DNA of 64,000 nt from contig CBDEGO010000003.1 in assembly GCA_965237995.1 (NCBI GenBank), positions 305,925 to 369,924 on the forward strand, written 5' to 3'. The DNA comes from Candidatus Poriferihabitaceae bacterium. Lineage in GTDB: Bacteria > Pseudomonadota > Gammaproteobacteria > Arenicellales > Poriferihabitantaceae. The position numbers and the translations under genes were made by a program. Positions 61,523-64,000 of the stretch are shown here, piece after piece. Position 1 is the first letter of the stretch. Every line of letters begins with the position of its first letter. A model generated the notes under the pieces. The model saw nothing but the letters and a program-made list of their open reading frames with translations. It did no database searches and had not been told where the DNA came from.

Positions 61523-61975
61523 CTAAGAAATAACAAATAAGGTTTCGCCAAACTCAACAGGGTCTCCATCTGTCTTTCGTATTTCCAACACGGTGCCTGC
61601 TTTATCAGATTGTATTTCGTTAAAGGTTTTCATGGCTTCAACTACACATAAAGTAGTGCCCACGCTTACACTATCCCCTACGGATACAAATTGTTTTGCA
61701 TCCGGTGAAGAGCGCGAATAAAACGTGCCAACCGTAGGTGATTCAACTTCATGGCCCGCCGCTGCCACAGTGGTTTCAACGGGACTATCAGGCTGCGCGT
61801 TGCTCACGCCTTGTGCAATCGGGACGCCGTAATTAACCGGCGCCATTGGTGCCGCAGCCATTGCTGGGCCATGGCGACTGATGCGAATACTCTCTTCACC
61901 TTCAGTAATCTCGAGTTCGCTTAACTGAGAGGCTTCTAACAGTTCAATTAATTTTTTAACTTTACGTAGATCCAC
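61523..61975 (-). CDS. accB: Acetyl-CoA carboxylase biotin carboxyl carrier protein
   Basis: Ala/Pro linker and biotinylation motif [11 protein letters not shown]. Confidence 0.96.
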   Translation of the reverse strand: MDLRKVKKLIELLEASQLSELEITEGEESIRISRHGPAMAAAPMAPVNYGVPIAQGVSNAQPDSPVETTVAAAGHEVESPTVGTFYSRSSPDAKQFVSVGDSVSVGTTLCVVEAMKTFNEIQSDKAGTVLEIRKTDGDPVEFGETLFVIS

Positions 61976-61990
61976 TTTTTATTTACCTAT

Positions 61991-62440
61991 TTATTCTTTT
62001 ATCTTTGAAACTGCCGCTGTAAAAGCGAGTTCATAACCAATGGCACCAAGACCCATTATCACGCCACTGGCTAATGCCGATAGATAGGAATGGTGCCTAA
62101 ATTCTTCACGGGCATGCACGTTCGACAAGTGAATTTCAACGAACGGAATTTGTGTTCCAGAAAAAGCATCTCGCAACGCAATACTCGTGTGAGTAAATGC
62201 GCCTGGATTAATAAGAATGAAATCCACGCCATCTGCTTTTGCTGCATGAATAGCGTCGACTAACTCGTGTTCAGCATTACTCTGTAAGCTGCTAAATTCA
62301 ACATCGTGCTGTACAGCTAAAGCTTGCAACTTTGCCGTGATGTCCGCCAACGTTTCATAGCCGTAAACTTCAGGTTCCCGAGAACCTAGCAAATTTAGAT
62401 TCGGGCCATTTAGTAATACTATCTTAGGCAGAATTGTCAT
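61991..62440 (-). CDS. aroQ: Type II 3-dehydroquinate dehydratase
   Basis: [18 protein letters not shown] and [12 protein letters not shown] motifs. aroQ-accB-accC order. Confidence 0.95.
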   Translation of the reverse strand: MTILPKIVLLNGPNLNLLGSREPEVYGYETLADITAKLQALAVQHDVEFSSLQSNAEHELVDAIHAAKADGVDFILINPGAFTHTSIALRDAFSGTQIPFVEIHLSNVHAREEFRHHSYLSALASGVIMGLGAIGYELAFTAAVSKIKE

Positions 62441-62579
62441 GCTTTGTAGATTTGATCGCTATACGGGAAAGAGCGCAATATTAACTTATTTAGCCTATTT
62501 TAGGCACCATTTAAGCGAATTTAAAATCAAGAATACTCAATTATACCTAGGTGATTGCACTTCTATGCTTTGCACAAAT

Positions 62580-63116
62580 TTAAGTTTTAAGATTCTGTTT
62601 ATACCAATCAATTATAAACGCCGCAACTTGCTCAACATTATTTAAATCTAGCTGCGGAATTTTGCGCTTCAGTTTAACTGGCGAGTCGCTCGCAAGCGCA
62701 ATGATGTACTCGTCTTTCTCACAAAGCGTTGCAAACTCACTAATACCAGGCCGGTATAGTTCTATTTTTGGAATTGGCGCGCGTTTAAACCCCTCCGAAA
62801 TCACTAAGTCTAAGCGCTCAAACCGCAAGAGGGATAGCGCATCCAGTAGCAAAGGTTCTACCTCCCGTTCACCTACCTCTTCAATGAAGGCCATTCTATG
62901 TTTAGAAGCGATGGCAATTTGTGCTGCCCCTGCCTTACGAATCGTGTGACTATCACGCCCTTCATGGTCGATATCAAAACCATGATGAGCATGCTTTACC
63001 ACGCCCACCCTTAAGCCGGCCTCAGATAATAAGGGCAATAACGAACTCAGTAACGTTGTTTTGCCCATGCCACTGTAGGCGCAAAGACCGATTACGGGGA
63101 TTGGAAAATCAAACAC
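62580..63116 (-). CDS. mobB: Molybdopterin-guanine dinucleotide biosynthesis adapter protein MobB
   Basis: P-loop GMGKTTL. VVKHAHHGFDIDHEGRDS motif. Confidence 0.9.
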   Translation of the reverse strand: MFDFPIPVIGLCAYSGMGKTTLLSSLLPLLSEAGLRVGVVKHAHHGFDIDHEGRDSHTIRKAGAAQIAIASKHRMAFIEEVGEREVEPLLLDALSLLRFERLDLVISEGFKRAPIPKIELYRPGISEFATLCEKDEYIIALASDSPVKLKRKIPQLDLNNVEQVAAFIIDWYKQNLKT

Positions 63117-63699
63117 GGCGGCTTAGGTAGTTTTCTAGTTGTTCAGGCGTATTAAAGTTTTCAAACATTTGTTGGCAATCAGAAAAGCTCACCTCTTGCT
63201 TTTCATGCTGTTCGTACCACCGATCAATCTTACGCTGCCCTGATTCTAAAAACGTCTGCAAGCTGGTGAGTAAATCAGTAGAAATCAATGCATAAACAGG
63301 CTGCAACCGTTCCGCGTCACGCGCCACCACCAATTTTACCGATGCTACTTGAGCAGCTAACAACATTCTAGAGACATAATCTGAGGCTACCAGCGGGCCG
63401 TCGCACGGCACCGTTATCACCCACGGGGTGTTACTCGCTGCCAAGCCACAAGCCATCCCAGCTAACGGGCCTTGAAACCCAGTATGTGCGTCCTCGATCA
63501 CCTGATGCCCTAGCTGCCTGTAGCGCTGTTGATTGCGATTAGCGTTAATCAACACCGTATCACATTGCGGGCTAAAAGCAGTAAGAATATGGGCGATTAA
63601 CGGTTTACCGTCTAACGCTAGCAACCCCTTATCTTGTTCGCCCATTCGTCGACCCTGTCCACCCGCTAACACCACACCCGTTACGCCTTGGTTTTTCAT
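63109..63699 (-). CDS. mobA: Molybdenum cofactor guanylyltransferase MobA
   Basis: VVLAGGQGRRMGEQDKGLL signature. 8-nt overlap with mobB. Confidence 0.92.
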   Translation of the reverse strand: MKNQGVTGVVLAGGQGRRMGEQDKGLLALDGKPLIAHILTAFSPQCDTVLINANRNQQRYRQLGHQVIEDAHTGFQGPLAGMACGLAASNTPWVITVPCDGPLVASDYVSRMLLAAQVASVKLVVARDAERLQPVYALISTDLLTSLQTFLESGQRKIDRWYEQHEKQEVSFSDCQQMFENFNTPEQLENYLSRRV

Positions 63700-63710
63700 A
63701 TTATCGTGTT

Positions 63711-64000
63711 TTAAATAGAAGCACGAACTGCCTCAAGTACATTCGGTATTTGTTTTACTCGGTTCAGCGCGGTCGCCAAAGTGGTTAACCCGACCACCTC
63801 AATTGCCAGACTTAACTGCACAATTGAATCCTCTTCTTGTACATCCAATGCTGCTTTTTGAATTTGAATCTTAGCGTCATTGAGGGTTTTAGTGACATCG
63901 TGCAATAAACCAGAGCGATTGTATGCAGTAATATTGATATTGGCGATAAAACTGGTTTCGCTACGACTACCCCAGTTGACGTCGATCAAACGCGCATGGT
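63711..64000 (-). CDS. relA: 3' end of GTP pyrophosphokinase RelA (C-terminal ACT domain); 5' part outside the window
   Basis: The frame stays open to the window edge (the track M is an internal TTG). ...RLIDVNWGS...ITAYNRSGLLHDVTKTLNDAKIQI...LNRVKQIPNVLEAVR aligns with the E. coli RelA C-terminus. Confidence 0.85.
   Translation of the reverse strand, partial: HARLIDVNWGSRSETSFIANINITAYNRSGLLHDVTKTLNDAKIQIQKAALDVQEEDSIVQLSLAIEVVGLTTLATALNRVKQIPNVLEAVRASI

Overview
This window reads as core chromosome of a Gammaproteobacterium, possibly marine (Oceanospirillales/Cellvibrionales/Pseudomonas-like synteny). It carries about 65 tightly packed, mostly housekeeping genes. From left to right: the 3' end of a chitin-binding-module gene, an AT-rich orphan ORF, then comM-ubiK-surA-lptD. 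Next come murU and the cell-wall/rod-shape block lipB-ybeD-dacA-rlpA-mltB-rodA-mrdA-mreDCB, followed by gatCAB, tRNA-Arg(TCG), maf and hflX-hfq. A 460-bp AT-rich spacer follows, then an orphan FimT/GspH-type minor pilin, an acyltransferase, xerD and an exported helical-repeat protein. After that: rplS-trmD-rimM-rpsP joined directly to pnp-rpsO, tdh-kbl with a divergent AsnC/Lrp regulator, cysS, lpxH, purF-cvpA-dedD-folC-accD and glnE. A betC-yaeQ-spermidine-synthase-like-MFS unit comes next. It is followed by a long co-directional array, waaA-hemF-tsaC-vanZ-purD-purH-fis-dusB-DUF3426-prmA-accC-accB-aroQ, then mobB-mobA and the 3' end of relA. I found no transposase, phage gene, CRISPR array, toxin-antitoxin pair or recognisable defence gene, and xerD is the only recombinase, so this is essentially an ordinary core region. 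The leads worth a second look are modest. They are (1) a promoter-to-terminator unit with no ORF just upstream of hfq, a candidate sRNA or attenuating leader, next to a perfect 10-bp palindrome; (2) an unusual fusion of rpsO-pnp to the rpsP operon with 18- and 23-nt junctions and no room for the canonical pnp leader; (3) a tight four-gene betC-yaeQ-PABS-like-MFS unit that looks like a split form of the 'fused MFS/spermidine synthase' family; and (4) several uncharacterised proteins (the orphan pilin, the helical-repeat protein next to xerD, the DUF3426 zinc-ribbon protein and an AT-rich orphan). All functional calls rest on motif recognition in the supplied translations plus synteny. No database search was run.
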